Shown: positions 1 through 35,150, counted from the stretch's first letter. The stretch is DNA of 64,000 bases from Sminthopsis crassicaudata (GCF_048593235.1 NC_133622.1:205809198-205873197); one strand, 5' to 3'. Notes: generated by a model not told the origin, from the letters alone. Made by a program: numbers and translations.

Positions 1-1026
1 TTTAATAATTGCTCATTGATTGATTTGGTTAGATACTTTGCTGAAATCTAGGTATACTCATTCTCACTATCTCTTTTTTCCTGTTCTCCGAATCTCATAA
101 GCCTCTCAAAAAAGGAAATAGGACTATTAATCACAATTTCTTTTTGCCTTTAAAGTCTTAGTGTTAAATACAACATTCAGAAAGTAAATATCAGTGGCTA
201 GATCAAAAATGTTTACTATGTACCAGGTACTGTATTTCTTATAGCCAGAGGATAGATTTCAATGCTTCAGAATTTCATTACACTGCCTTTTGGCTACTTT
301 CTTACATATAAACAAGAAAACTGTCAGAAGCATTATGTCTAAAAAGTACTTGTCAGTCTTATTCCCTCTTTAAGATAGTAGTTTTGGCCATAGGTGTCTG
401 GTGCTCTATTTTAATGACTCCACTATATCACAGAAATCTCTTTCTTCTATAATCACTGTAGGAATTTCCTAGCAAACCCAGCTGTGGTTTGCTGCTTGTA
501 GCTCTGATTCTTTATTGCCTGCTCAGAACCTTTTTTTTGAAATGCTCTTTCATTCTCTCAGACAAGCAAATTATGGTCAGTGTGTGTGTGACAGCAAACC
601 TTCTCTGGCTGTTGTGTTATATAAATGTTACAAAATGTTATGTTACATAAAGTGTAGATCTGTGAAATGGACAATACATAAAAATGTATTGTTGATCACA
701 GAGTTTTTCACTTTCAAGGGAACTGTTCTTTCTTTCTGAAAATTGTCATTTGGAAGCACAGTCTAACAATGGTATTAGGATATGTGTTGCACATTACACC
801 AGTGTGAGGTATTTTTGCATTCTCTTGGGGAAGGTTTACATCATTAAATACTTGGGGAAGGACTCATTGGGGAGGAGTTGACTTATTGAAAAAAATCAGT
901 AATGTGATAATAATGGACTTTGTAAAAGTCCATTAGTTAATTAAAATATAGACGGGTTGGACTGATACTCATTTGAGAGAAATAATGGGAAAAAAATGCC
1001 TTAGTTTAACAGGTTGAATGACTTGA

Positions 1027-21328
<20,302 letters not shown>

Positions 21329-21965
21329 ATTTTCATTTGTAAATAAGCTACATTTCTGGAAGGAAACCTTTTTTTTAATATATGAAAGCTGTGAAATGCT
21401 TGAAATGTTTAGTAAAACTTGTGAAATTTTTCTGAAGGCAATTTTTTTCTATCAGATTATATATTACTAAGCCCTGAGAGACATTTTCTTTTGCCAGAGA
21501 CCAATATTTGAGTTTCTTGTGCAAATGAAGTCTACTCTCCTATGTGGAACAGAGCCACCTGTCATATGTGAAAATTACACTTAAAAATAAAACCAAAATT
21601 TCAGTCCTTCCTGGAGTAGTTTGGCTGCACTGTTGGCCTACATCCCAGGTCCTCTATGTGTTTAGCTGCATTAGATAGATAACTGATTTTTTAATAAAAG
21701 GTGCAAGGAAATATCTATTTCCTTTATCACCTTTTCATTACTATCTTTGTCTTTCTTGGGAAGTAAATCAAGTCTTTTACTTTCCAATTAGACACATAAT
21801 TTGCAATTGCATCAAAATGCAAGCAAAAGAGCAGGTTTTTTTTCCCCAAAATCAATCCTGCAGAGAAGTCAATTACAGGCATGGCATATAATTCCTTGGG
21901 AGAAAAAAAAGTTTGAAAAGACCCCTTATTAGTCAAATATAAAGCTCTGCCTAAGAAAACCATTT

Positions 21966-21971
21966 AATAAA
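21966..21971 (+). terminator. Probable CTR9 poly(A) signal (AATAAA); alternatives at 21586-21591 and 21693-21698
   Basis: AATAAA about 640 nt after the stop, followed by U/GU-rich sequence. Which signal is used cannot be seen from sequence. Confidence 0.55.
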
Positions 21972-24020
21972 ATCTCTTGTTACAAGCTTTTGTGGATAAC
22001 CTCTTTTGCTTTGTTACTAAAGTGGGAAGCAGAATGCCCTGCCCGCAGTATTGATTGGTCAACTGAGCAAGGAAAGCGTGGCTAGGCAATAGTTTATGTG
22101 AAAACTATCTGAGACTTTAAGGAGGCTGCAAGTTCAATGTGAGCCAGAAGTTATGATTGCCAAAAAGCTAACACCATAATTTGTTGTGTTAAGAGTGAGA
22201 TGTGAGGTGGCCATCCTTTCCTGCACTGTGCCATCTATACACACATCTATGGTTTTGTGTTTGGTTCTGAAGTCATTAACTAGAGGTCAGCAAGAATTGG
22301 TGAAAGATTCGGAGGTCATGCTTAGCCTGAAGAAGAAAAGAATTGCAGAGGATATAAAAACTCTTCCAAGTATTTGTCATATGGAAGGTGGACAGAAATT
22401 GTGTTGTTCAGAGACAGAGCTAAAAGCAACTTGCAAAAGTTGGAAAGGGGCAAATTTGGGCTCATTAGGAAAAGCTTCAGAACAGGTAGATCTATCTGTA
22501 AAATGAAACATTTATAGGAAGTAGTAACACCCTTTTTCCCTTCCCCCCACCTTTTTCAAGTTTTCAATAAAAAGGCTGAATAGGATGATCACTCCTTAGG
22601 ATCACTCTTAAGAGGACATTCTTAGTCAGTATAAGTTAGATGTGATAGTTTCAGAGCTTTTTCCTGCTCTTGAGCTTTATCTTCTGTAAAATGAAGAAAT
22701 GATTGAGTTTAACCTCCAGTTCTAAATCTTTGTATAGTTATAGTCAATAGAGGACCAGTCTTGGGAATCAAGAACACCTCCATTCAGGTTCTGCCTTTAA
22801 CAATCTGTGTGGCCATGGGCTAGGTTTGCCCTTTTAACTCAACATGAATCCAAATGGCTAAATTCATCATTTCCCCCTCCAAACCCTTCTCATGTCCAGA
22901 AAACTTCACTGTTTCACTTGATGTCACTATACACTCCCAGGTAGTAGGCTAAAAACCCAATGATTTCTGTAATTCCCCACCTTCTCCATATGTCTCAATA
23001 CCAAACACCCTTCATATCCACTTGTCTTCTGGAATCTTAGAATTGATTAGAGTTCTAAAAACTTCACCATTTTTCTGGATAATGTTGCACTGAATAATAT
23101 TGTTCTAGTTGTGCTCATTTCACTCGGCTTTAATTCATAGTTGTTTTTTTTTTCAGTTTCTTCTGAAATTGTCTATTTTGTCATTCCTTATGTTGAGATA
23201 ATCTAATATATTCGTATATCCTGATTTGTTGAACCATTTCTCAATAGGTGAGCACCCCTTTAATTTTCAGTTTTTTGCTAAAGAGTTGCTTTAAATATTT
23301 TTACATATATAGGTCTTTTTTCATCTCTTTGATAACAGAGCCAAATGCTATGCACACTTTAATAACTTTGGGGGCTTAATTCAAAATAGCATTTCAGAAA
23401 AATATACCAATTCACAATTCCACTAATAGTGCATTAAGTGTGCCTACTCCCTTCAGTTCTTCCATTTATTATTTTCTCTTTTGTCTTCTTTGCCAATATG
23501 ATTACTACGAAGATAAGTATTTCTCTAATAGTAATTTAGGACGTTTTTTATGTGATTGTTGATAGATTGGATTTCTGCCTTTGAAAATTTCCTGTTCGTC
23601 TCCTTTGATAATTTATTGGGGCATAATTCTCAATCTGAAATTTGAATAAATTTCTTACATATTTTGGAAATGATTTCCCCCAGTTATGTTTTCCTTGTAG
23701 CCATAGGATTTCATCAAATTCAAAGAGAATGAGGATAGGAAAAAGCTTTGAGAATCATAAGAATATTTTTTAGAGTTGGAAGGGAAGAAGCCATCTTCTT
23801 ACTTTTACTGAACTTAAGCGAGTTAGTAGGGTTACACGGGTTGTAAGAAGTATCAGAAGTCCTTTGCTTTTCTCTGTGGAGGTTTATTATTTCTACCTTG
23901 GAGAGAAGCTATTAGGGGTATACTTAGGTTGGCATTGACATAGCCCATTGCTTCCCTCTTAGTGATCTATTTCTTGCTTTATGTAGGAGTGGTGATGATT
24001 ATGGTAGTTGTGGGGGCAGT

Positions 24021-24025
24021 TGTGT

Positions 24026-24061
<36 letters not shown>

Positions 24062-24072
24062 ACGTGTGTGTG
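24021..24072 (+). repeat. (TG)n microsatellite, interrupted
   Basis: TG run with interruptions. Confidence 0.9.
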
Positions 24073-24249
24073 CAATCATTTCCCTGATATTGGTCAAAGG
24101 GCAGTCCTCTACCCTCTACCACTAAACCTAGTAATAGGATGAGATAAGGATTGTCCCTGAGATTTCTGGAGCCAAGATGATGGAGTAGAGAAGTACTTAG
24201 CCAATCTCTTTCAAAAATCCCCTCCAAACAACTTTAAAATAATTCCTCA

Positions 24250-27200
24250 GATCAAATTCTGGAGTGGCAGAGCCAATAAAAAAAATCAGACTTGAAACAT
24301 TCCTCCAGCCCAAAATAACAAAGAAGTTTGGAAAGACATGGGGTCTTAGGTAGTCATGGATTAAATACCAGTGGTGAGGTTAGGTGGTGGAGACAAGCAT
24401 CAGCAACAGCTTTGGCAGTTTTTAAGGCAGAGATGATAAGGGACCTAATCAGAAAGAAATCATAGGGTTACTCGTGGGCTAGCACTAGACTAAGGACCAG
24501 AAACTGGGAACTCCATTGCCTATACCTACTTCTGGGTTACAGTTCAAGGGCAAAGAGGAAGACTTTTGGTCAAAAGGGACAGAATGATTTTCACCCTCAA
24601 GAGATCAGGAACTCTTGAGGAACTGTATCATTTCTGGTTCCAAGACAGGAAAGACGCTAAGGAGTAGTATCAATTGCAAACCCAAGGGATTGGGGGCCTT
24701 TCCTGGATATGAAGCAAAGTGAAGAACAAGAGAGTAGAGACAACTCCTCTTCCCAACTCACATTACATTGGAAATATCCACTCCCCAAACTATCACTAAA
24801 AACAGTAGTGTAAAAAAGCCTAAAGCTCGAGACAGATCCCACTCCATCCCCCCAACTTCCAAACCTAACTGTTCCATGCTCCAAAGCCCAGTTTTAACAA
24901 AAATAGTTCCAGATGAATAAATAGGGTGGAAAAATGAGTAAACAAAGAACCTAACTGAGATAAAAAATTGACTATGATGACAGGAAAGATCAAGACATAA
25001 ACTAAGGAAAAGCTAATGAAATCAAAACAGCAACAAGGAACGCCTCAAAGAAAAGATGTAAACACGAACCCCACAAGAATTCCTGAAAGAGCTCAAAAAA
25101 ATTTTCAAAATCAAGTAAGTAATAGAGGGAAAATTAGTCAAAGAAACGAAAACAAAGGAAGCAAATTATGAAAAAGACAACAGCTTGGTTAAAAGGCAAA
25201 AAAAAATACTGAAGAAACACCTTAAAAACAGTTGTCAAAGGATATGAATAATTTTCAAATTATGAAATTAAAGCTATCTATGGTCATATAAAAATGCTTT
25301 AAATCACTATTGATTAGAAAAAGGTTCATTAAAACAACTCTGAGCTATCACTTCATACCTCTCAGATTGGCTAAGATGACAAGAAAAGATAATGAGAAAT
25401 GTTGGAAGGGATGTGGGAAACTGGGAACTAATTCATTGTTAGTGAAGTTGTGAAATGATCCAACCGTTCTGGAGAGCAATTTGGAACTATGTCCAAAGGG
25501 CTATCAAACTGTGTATATCCTTTGTCCCAGCAGTGCCATTACTGGGTCTGTATCCCAAGGAAATCATAAAGAAGGGGAAAAGATGCACATGTGCAAAACT
25601 AACTATAGCAGCTCTTTCTGTGGTGGCAAAGAAGTGGAAAATGAGTAGATGCTCATCAGTTGGGGAATGGCTAAATGTAGCAGCTCTTTCTGTGGTGACA
25701 AAGAAGTGGAAAATGAGTAGATGCTCATCAGTTGGGGAGCCCTGGGTGAGAAGGAACCAGGATCTAGTGTATGCAGAAGCAGTGGGGCAGTGGTGCTACT
25801 GGCTGCAGGCACTTGCTGGAGTGGGGAGCTCTTGGTTTGGTCTTTCTTGTTAGAGGGGAGAGCTGAAGGGAACCTTAAGGTACCATTCCTCCCATCCCAT
25901 GATTAAAGGTGCTTTTACACTAATATCTCTTATTAAAGCAAAATGAGCCGGCAAAAAAGAAAGAATCCCACCATTGAAGCATATTATGGTTTCATCATCA
26001 AAGGAGGACATTTTAGTAAAAAAAAAAAAAAAAAAAAGTTTCTACCCCAAAAAGTGATGTGAAATGGCTCCCTGCCCAGAGAGAATTTATAGAACTCAAA
26101 AAAGAATTTAAAAATCAAATGAGAAACACTGAGGAAAAACTAAAAATAAAAACCAAGAAAAACAAGAAGCTTATGAAAAAAAATTAACCAATTAGAAAAG
26201 GAGGTACAGAGTCTTAAAGATGAAAATAATTCTTTGAAAATTAGAATTGGACAAGGGGAAGCCAGTAAAGCACAAATTTATCAATAGCCACAATAAAAGA
26301 CCATAGGTCCTGGAATCATATCTACCAACAATCAAAAGAGCTATGTCTGCAGCCAAAAATATCATATCCAGCAAAATTATAATTTTGAATGAGAAAAAAT
26401 GAACATTCAATGAATTTGAAGATTTTCAGGACTTTCTGTCAACCAAACCAGAACTTAACAGAAAATTTATCATATAAAAGATCAATTTTTAAGGAATTTA
26501 ACATGGACAAACTGTTTAAACATGGGCAAATTATTTATGTTTTTATATACATATATATGTAAAAAGCAATAACAAGATAGTTCAAAATAAAGATTGCCAG
26601 AGTTAAGGTAAAAATAGTAAAAAAAAAAAAAAAAAATTTACAGATGAGGTGCAGAGAAAGAATAGACACAGTGGCATTAAAGGGAAAGAAGAGGGGTCAT
26701 AGTTCTGAAAACCTACTCACATCATGAATAGGTTCAATAGACAACACTACATATATACCATGAAGAGTATAGCACCCTCCAAAATCTATAAAGAAATAAG
26801 AGAGGAGGAATGAGTGGAGGGGGAAGCAAAGGATGAAGAAAGTAGACAAGTGAGGCATCCTTGAGTAGAGGGAGATTATAAGGCAAGTTATAGAGCAGAA
26901 TTTAATTAAAGAATCAGAAGGGATAGGAAAGATGTGTGTGGATGTGGAATGTGTGGATGTGTGTAAGTGTGTGGATGTATGTGTAAATAAACCTATATAA
27001 ATGCATATATCTTTTCTTAACTGTAGCCTTTACTTGGGAGTGGGGGGGGGGAATAAAAGAGGGGAGAAAGGATAAAGTAAATAAGATGCACAACAGAGAA
27101 CCAAAGAACAATTTACAAGGAAGTAAAGAAAAGAATATTCATGAATATAATTTCTTCTACTAATTTGTTGTTATATATTTTGAATCCTCCCTGATGTTCT

Positions 27201-30200
27201 GCTAGCATATGACAATGTTCTCTTTTGTTTTACTTTATTTTGTTTGTATTTCTTTTTTTCTTACTGTTTTTTTTCAAATAAAGTAAATTTAAAAAACAGT
27301 TATATGCATTAGTGTTAATAAATTGATCTTGCTCAGAAAAAAAAATTAGAAGTACACAAGGAAGCGTTTTTTACAGTGTAGGGGAAAATGTTAGGGGAAT
27401 GGGCAATGCTTGAACCTTATTCACATCTAAATTAGTTTCAAAAAGGAGACACACGCACACACACACATTTAATTAGTAATAGAAATCTACCTTGCTCAAT
27501 AGGAAAATAGGAAAAGAAGAGAATAAAAGCAAGAGGAGATAAGTAATAAAGGGGAGAACAAATTAAGGGAGGCAGTGATCTAAAGTAAAACAGACTTTAG
27601 AAGAGGAACAGTATAAAAAGAAAAGAATATGCACACTGAAAAATGCACACTGAGTAATCATATTGACTATGAATGGGATGAACTTACCCATAAGAGGGAA
27701 GTGAATAGTAGAATGGAGTAGAAACCAGAATTCAATAATATATTGTTTAAAGAAACACACTTGGAATAGAAAGACATACACCGTTAAAATAAGGGATTAT
27801 TTTTATTATGCCTTACCTGAAGTAAAAAAGGCAGGTGTAGCAATCATAATCTCAGACAAATCAAAAGCATAAACAGACCTAATTAAAAGGGATAAACAGG
27901 AAAGAACATTTTACTAAAAAGGTATCTTAGACAATGAAATAATATTATACTAAATATACATACATACATACATATTGAACCAAATGGTAGAGGATCCAAA
28001 ATCCTAAAGAAAAAAGTAAAATAAATTATAGAAGGAAACAAACAGTAAAACTATACTTGTGGGGGGATCTAAATCTTCCTCTCTCAGAGCTAAATAAATC
28101 TAATCCAAAAATAAACAATACAGAAATTAGATATGATATACCTCTGGGAGGTAAAAAATGAATGACAATATAAAAGAATATACTATTTCTCAACTATACA
28201 TCACAAAAACTGCCCATATCACAAAAACTCACAACCAACAGAAAAGCAGTATTAAATATACCCCTTTCAAATCTATAATTCAATAAAAATTAAATTAATA
28301 AAGAGCCATAGAAATATAGAGAAAAAGCTAACTGGAAAATAATCTAAAGAATGAGTGGGTCAAAGAACAAATCACAGAAATACTTACATTAAAAAGATTA
28401 ACAACAATGAAACAACATTCCAAAATCTGTGGGATGCAGCCAAAGTAGTACTTGGGGGGAAATGTATATCTTTAAACACATATATCAGTAAGGGAAAGAA
28501 AGAGTAGATCAATGAAGACATGCATCTTAAAACACTAGAAAAAAGAACAAATTTTAAATCCCCAATTAAACACCAAAATGGAAATCTTGAAAATCAAAGG
28601 AGGTTAATAAAAGTGAAAAATTAAAAACAAACAAAAGAACAAAAAAACCAAGCAAACAAACAACATCACAAATAGCACTGAAATAATTTAAGGGGAAAAA
28701 AAATGCTGAGGAGCTGGTTTTATGAAGAAATCAACAAAATAGATAAACTTTTGGTTAATTTAAATTTAAAAGGGTGTGTGTGGGGAGAGGGAGAAAACCA
28801 AATTACTAATATCAAAAGGGGAAAAAATAAATGTACCACCAATGAAGTTAAAATTAAAGTAATTATTAGGAGTTATTTTGTTCAGTCATATGCCAGCAAT
28901 ATACGTATATGGATAAATATTTACAAAAATGTAAACTGTCAAGATTAACAGAAGAGGAAATAGTTATCTTAAATAATCCTTTCTTAGGAAATGAAATTGA
29001 ACAAGCCATTAATGAAATTCCTAAGATAAAAATCTCCAGAACCAGATGGACAATTAATCCCAATACCATATAAATTATTTGAACAAAGAGTTAAGAAGTC
29101 ATATGAAATTCTTTTTATGACATAAATATGATTTTGATACATCAATTAGAGAGCAAAAATAGAGAAGAAAACTATAGACTAATTTCCTTAATGAATTTTG
29201 ATGCAAAATTTTAAAATAAAATGCTAGCAAGGAAATTATAGCAATATATATTATGGCCAGATGGGAGTTATACTAAGAATAGAAGGTCGGTTCAATAGAA
29301 AAATTATCAACATGATTAACCATATCAATAACAAAACCAAAAATATTCTGTGGTTATATATATATGTATATATTTTAGGTGCAGAAAAAGTCTTTGAAAA
29401 CTTGACACCCATTTCTATTGAAAACACCAAGAAGCATAGGATTCATGGAATCTTTCTTAAAATGCTAAAAGTATTTATCTAAAACCAAAAGTATGCACTA
29501 TCTCTGGCTAAAAAAAATAGAGTAATGATCATGGCAATTTAATGTTTGATAGACTTTTCAGGTAAGAACAAAAATTGCTGGGAAAAACTGGAAAATGGTT
29601 TTGAGAAACTAGGTATAGATATATCATATACCAAGATAAGGACAAAATGGATAAATGATTTAGGTATAAAGTATGATATCATAAAGAAATTAGGGGGGGT
29701 TTATCTGTTAGATCTAAGAATAAGGGAAGTGTTTATGACCAAACAAGAGACAAAGGAGATTATAGGAAGCAAAATAATCTTTTGGATTATATGAAATTAA
29801 AAAGCTTTTTAAAAAACAAAACTAATGCAGCCAAAATTAGAAGGAAAAAAGAAAACTGGGGAAAATTTTTGTAAAGTTTCTCTGATAAAGGTCTCATTTT
29901 TTCAAATATAGGGAACTGAGCCAAATTTATAAAAACAAGAGCTAATTTTCAGTTGACAAATGGTCAAACAAGCAGTTTGCAGAAGAAGAAATCAAAGCTA
30001 TCAAAAGTCACATAAAATATTCTAAATCACTGATGATTAGAAAAATTCAAGTTAAAACAATTCTGAGGTATCATCTCACACCTATCATACTGTCTAATAT
30101 GACACAAAAGGAAAATGACAAAAACTGGAGGAAATGTGGGAAAATTGGATCTCTAATGTATGATTGGTAGAATTTTGAACCAATCATTCTAAAGAACCAT

Positions 30201-30900
30201 TTGGAGTTACACTCAAAGGGCTATAAAACTATTCTTACCCTTTGACTCAGCAGTACCATTATTAGGTCTCTATTCCAAAGTGATTATTTAAAAAGATAAA
30301 ATTACTTAATTGAAGAAAAATATTTATAGCATCTCTTTTTGTAGTGGAAAAGAATTGAAAATTAAGGGGATGCCCATCAATTATAGAATAGCTGAACAAA
30401 TTATGGTATTTGATTGTAATGGAATACTACTAGTGCTATAAGAAATAATAAGAAGGATGGCTTCAGAAAAACCTGGAGAGACTTGTATGAACTGATGCTA
30501 AGTCCAGTGAATTGAACCAGAAGAACACTGTACAAAATAATAACACTATTATAAAGGTAATCACCTGTGAAAAACTTAGATACTTTGATTAAGACGATGA
30601 TCTAAGACAATTTCAAGATGCTATCCAACTCCAGAAAGAGAACTGATGAACCCCTACTACAGAGTAAAACACACTTTTTAAAAATTCAAAAAAACCTTTT
30701 TTTAAAAAAAAAATATTTTTTGTTTGTGTTTTCTTTTGTAACATGACTAATATGTAGATGTTTTGCATGGCTTCACATGTATAATCAAAATCACAGTCAT
30801 TACCTCTTCAAAGTGGGGGAGGAGAATTTGGAATTCAAAATTTTAAAAATTGTAATTTTTTTACATGTAATGAAGAAAATAATTAAATAAAATTGATTTT
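24250..30900 (+). mobile_element. Nested cluster of decayed LINE-1 (5' UTR/ORF1/ORF2 EN-RT/3' end)
   Basis: A-rich + strand. ORF2 C-terminal-like peptide in ORF 25455..25853 (IQPFWRAIWNY..VPAVPLLGLYPKEI). EN-like text near 27650-28450 and RT-like text near 28950-29500, with many stops and frameshifts. Boundaries approximate. Confidence 0.8.
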
Positions 30901-31769
30901 TAAAAAAGATTGCCCCCAAACAATAATTTAGCTATGGCTATATTCCTGGACAATTAGTAATTCTGTAGACAAAAATATTTTGCATGGCTCGATAGACTTG
31001 AATTCAATCCAATTCAATGAGGAAATCAGTAAATGCAAGATCTGTACAAAATAAATATAGAGTGGGAAATTAGAACAATCAGGAAAGATTCTTGTAGGAA
31101 ATAAGACTTGAAAAAAAATTAGAAGTTCTAAGAGACAGAAGTAAAGAGGGCAAACATTTTAGGCATGAGAGGCCCATCTATGCAAATGCACAAGAGTAGA
31201 AGATGGAATGTGGCATACCAAGAACACTAGTAGGTTGGTTTGACTAGAACATCGAGATTCCAAGGGAAAATAATTATGTAATCAAGAGCACAAATCTAGG
31301 GTACAAAAGGGCAACAAGATTAGACACTATAACTGGCAAGGAGAAGGGCTTACATTTTATTTTAGAGGCAATAGGGAATTACAACAAGCTTCTTAAGTAG
31401 GGAAACTTCATGATCATGTCTGGCCATTAGCAATGTCAATCTTCATAGAAGTATTGGAGATGCATGAGACTAGTTGCAAGGAGACTAATTAAGAAATAAA
31501 TGCAATAGAAGATTGCAGAGGTGATGGGTGCTCAAACTTAGGAGCCTGTGGTATGAGTGGAAAAAACAAATATGAAAGATATTGAGGCAGTAGTGGTGAT
31601 AGTCTTAAGAGTAACAGAAAGATAAGAAAAGGGTTGGGCTTAGGAATAGAAATGGGTTCTGTTTTGGACATGTTGAAGGGGAGGGGCCTATGAATACATC
31701 CAAATGAAGGTGTCCAGTAGACATTTGGATGTGGCATTAGAAAGAAAATAATTAATATATAAATAATTG

Positions 31770-32192
31770 TGTAATGTCCGGGCTAGCTTTCTGGAGGTCC
31801 TCTGGAGGTCCTCTGGAAGGGCCTTGGTTTCAGCAGGATAGTCACCATGAGGATGGACAAGAATAGAACCAAAGTCTTTATTGTCTCCTGCACAGTCTGT
31901 GTCTGTCATAGTCTGACCCGATCTCAGTCTGACCTAGTCTCCTCCAGCAGTCTGCCAGTCTGCCAGTCTCAACCAGTCTCAGTCTGAGTCTGACTTTGTC
32001 CCCAGTTCTCTCAGCCCTTAAATACCCTATTACAATTACATCTTTACAGTATACTATGTATAAGCCAATCTAGAATGATTATACCATTATATCATACTAG
32101 ATATATATGAATTAGAGAACCATTATCTCATCAATTCCACCGAGTTAGCACCTTGTTTCAAGTATATGTCTCCAGAGTTCCAGCCCTCTACA
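31770..32192 (-). mobile_element. Solo LTR-like element
   Basis: TGTA..TACA termini; minus-strand AATAAA (plus ctttattg near 31877); internal CAGTCT repeats; no clean TSD. Confidence 0.6.
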
Positions 32193-33871
32193 GTTATGTG
32201 TGTAGAAATGAAAGAAGAATTCATACAGAGTATAGACTGATAATTTACATAGCATTATACATGTGTTAACTCATTCAATCCTCACAAGTACCCTGTGAAG
32301 TAAATTCTATTATTAGTTCCATTTTATAGATGAAATGATTTGCTAGGGGTTCACACAGGCAGTCAGTGTCTGAGGGAGGAATTGTAGTCATCTTCTTGAG
32401 CCCAAATCCAACACTCTATCCAATTTTTGCCAATCTAGCTACAACACTTCCACATACACAGAGAAGTTAAGAAGGATAAGTTAAAAAAAAAAAAACAAAA
32501 CACTGGAGTTTTCAGTAAAGACACCATTAATGTTCTTGGTCAAAGCAGTTTCAGTAAAATACTGGGGGCAGGAGTCAAACTTTAGAAGTGACTGAAAATT
32601 GGAAGCAATGAATGTAGATGGACTCTTGGGATTTTGCTTCTGAAAGGGAAAAGGGGATATGATGCCATAGTTTAAGAGAATGATAGAGTCAAATGAAGCA
32701 CAAGAGAGATCTGGGCACGTTTATAGGCAGCAAAGTAGAAATCAGTGGGAAAGGAGAATTTTAAAATTACCAAAAAAGAGGAGGTGATCAAAATGAGAGG
32801 TTCCTAGAGGGGACAGAAGGAAACAGAATCAAAAACAAAAGTAAAAGTCCTCCTTCAAATACTTCTGGCATGAAGTTAGTTTATCTTGTCAGCTGGTACT
32901 AGGGCATAGTGGAAAAAACATCTATTTTATATCAGAAGACCCGAATTTGAATCTGCCATTACTAATTTTGTAACATTTGGGAAGCTGAGTTTTTCTTACC
33001 TGGAAAATAGCTCTTTAAGGTTTTCCACTCATTTCATATATGTCAACAACCNNNNNNNNNNNNNNNNNNNNNNNNNNNNNNNNNNNNNNNNNNNNNNNNN
33101 NNNNNNNNNNNNNNNNNNNNNNNNNNNNNNNNNNNNNNNNNNNNNNNNNNNNNNNNNNNNNNNNNNNNNNNNNNNNNNNNNNNNNNNNNNNNNNNNNNNN
33201 GAAAAAACTGAAATGGAGTAAACTCAAGTGACACACAGGGTCCCACAATTAGTAAATCTCTGAGGCAGGATTTGAATTCAGGTCTTTCTGGCTCCAGACC
33301 AAGTTCTTTTTTTACTTTAAAAACCTCAAAGTTAAAAAGTGAAAGTACAAGAGTTCTCAGTTCCTTTCCCACTCTAGATATCTTCTGAACTAAAGTCCTC
33401 CTCTGATCTCTTACTATGATCTTTTGCAGTGTGACCCTAGCTTCTCAAAGGTTATGCCAAATGGAGCATAAGTACAGGTAGGCTCAACCAAGGTGGAAAG
33501 ATTTCTGCCATAGACCTGATGAGTAGACTGTGTGTCTGTTGTGTGTAGACCAGTCTAGACAAGTGTGAAAAGGCTTGTTACCAGAGAGCTAGATGCCAAC
33601 GGATAGATTTTCATACCAATTCAAATTACTGTGCCACTTACTAAGGAAAAGAAGGGTTGTAAGGTCATTAGACATGATGTGACTGATTGGATAAAATGCT
33701 GGACTTGGAATTAAAAAGAAATGGGTTTAAACCCCACTTTGAACATTTAGTTTCTATGAAAATCTGGGTCAGCCATCTAAGCACTATCTGAGTTTCCTCT
33801 TCTATAAAATGAGGACAATAATAGCACCTACTTCCCAGAGATGTTGTAAGGACCAAAGGAAATGACATTTT

Positions 33872-34353
33872 TTATTATAGCTTTTTATTTACAAGTTATA
33901 TGCATGGGTAATTTTTCAGCATTGACAACTGCAAAACCTTTTGTTCCAACTTTTCCCCTCCTTCCTCCCATCCCCTCCCCCAGATGGCAGATTGACCAAT
34001 ACACATTAAATATGTTAAAGTATAAGTTAAATACAATATAAGTTTATATGTCCATACAGTTATTTTGCTGTACAAAAAGAATCGGACTTTGAAATAGTGT
34101 GTAATTAGCCAGTGAAGGAAATCCAAAATGCAGGCGGACAAAAATAGAGGGATTAGAAATTCTATGTAGTGGTTCATAGTTGTCTCCCAGAGTTCTTTCG
34201 AGGTTCAATTCATTACTGCTCTATTGGGGCTGATTTGGTTCATCTCATTGTTGGAGAGGGCCACATCCATCAGAATTGTTGTTGAAGTATATAATGATCT
34301 CCTGGTCCTTCTCATTTCACTCAACATCAGTTCATATAAGTCATCCCAGGCCT
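33872..34353 (-). mobile_element. 5'-truncated L1 3' end with TSD
   Basis: Flanked by GAAATGACATTTT and GAAATAACATTTT; T-rich left end; same family as 41352-41577. Confidence 0.7.
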
Positions 34354-34811
34354 GAAATAACATTTTAAAAGTACTTTGTAAACCTTAAACAAATATGTAA
34401 GGGCTGGTGGAAGAGCCCTTTGGTTCATTTTTGTTTTTTGTAGTCCCAGTTTTTGGCAGTGTCTGACATTTAGTAGGTGATTAATAAATGTTTTACTGAA
34501 TGATTAAAGGAGTACTTAAACCAATGAAATCATGGACTTTTTGAAATATAGAAAGAGAAGCAGAGGAGGCACCCACAATCCACCAACAGGAATCTCTCAA
34601 GCATTTAGTATATGTCAGGCATTGTTCTAAACACTAGGGATACACAGAAAGGCAAAAACATAGTTGCTGGCCAAAGGAGCTTACATTCAACATGAAAATA
34701 ACTGAGTATAAATCAGAAATAATCTCAAAGGAAAGGGAGAAATCAAGTCAAAAACATTTATTTAGCACTTACTGTGTGCAAGACACAATGCTAAACACTG
34801 GAGATGCAATT

Positions 34812-35150
34812 ATAAGGAAGGGGGAGGGAAGAAGGGAAAGAGGGAGGGGAAAGGGAAGAAGGGAGAGAGGGAGGGAGAGAAAAAGAGACAGAGAAACAGA
34901 GATAGAAATAGAGACAGAGAGACAGATGGACAGAGAGACAAAGAGAGACAGAGAAACAGAGACAGAGAGAGACAGAAAGAGACTAAGAGAGACAGTGGGG
35001 AGGGAGGGAGGGGGACAGAGACAGAGAATCAGAGAGAGAGAGAGAAGAATGAGGGAGGGAGGGAGAAGGAAGGAGACGGAGAGAGAGAGAAAAAGAGAGA
35101 CAGAGATAGACAGAAAGATTAAGAGATACATGAAGGAAAGGCTGGAAAGA
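34812..35150 (+). repeat. Polypurine GA/GAGACA low-complexity tract
   Basis: About 340 bp of almost only G and A with periodic C; explains spurious ORFs 34692..35156 and 34769..35131. Confidence 0.9.
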
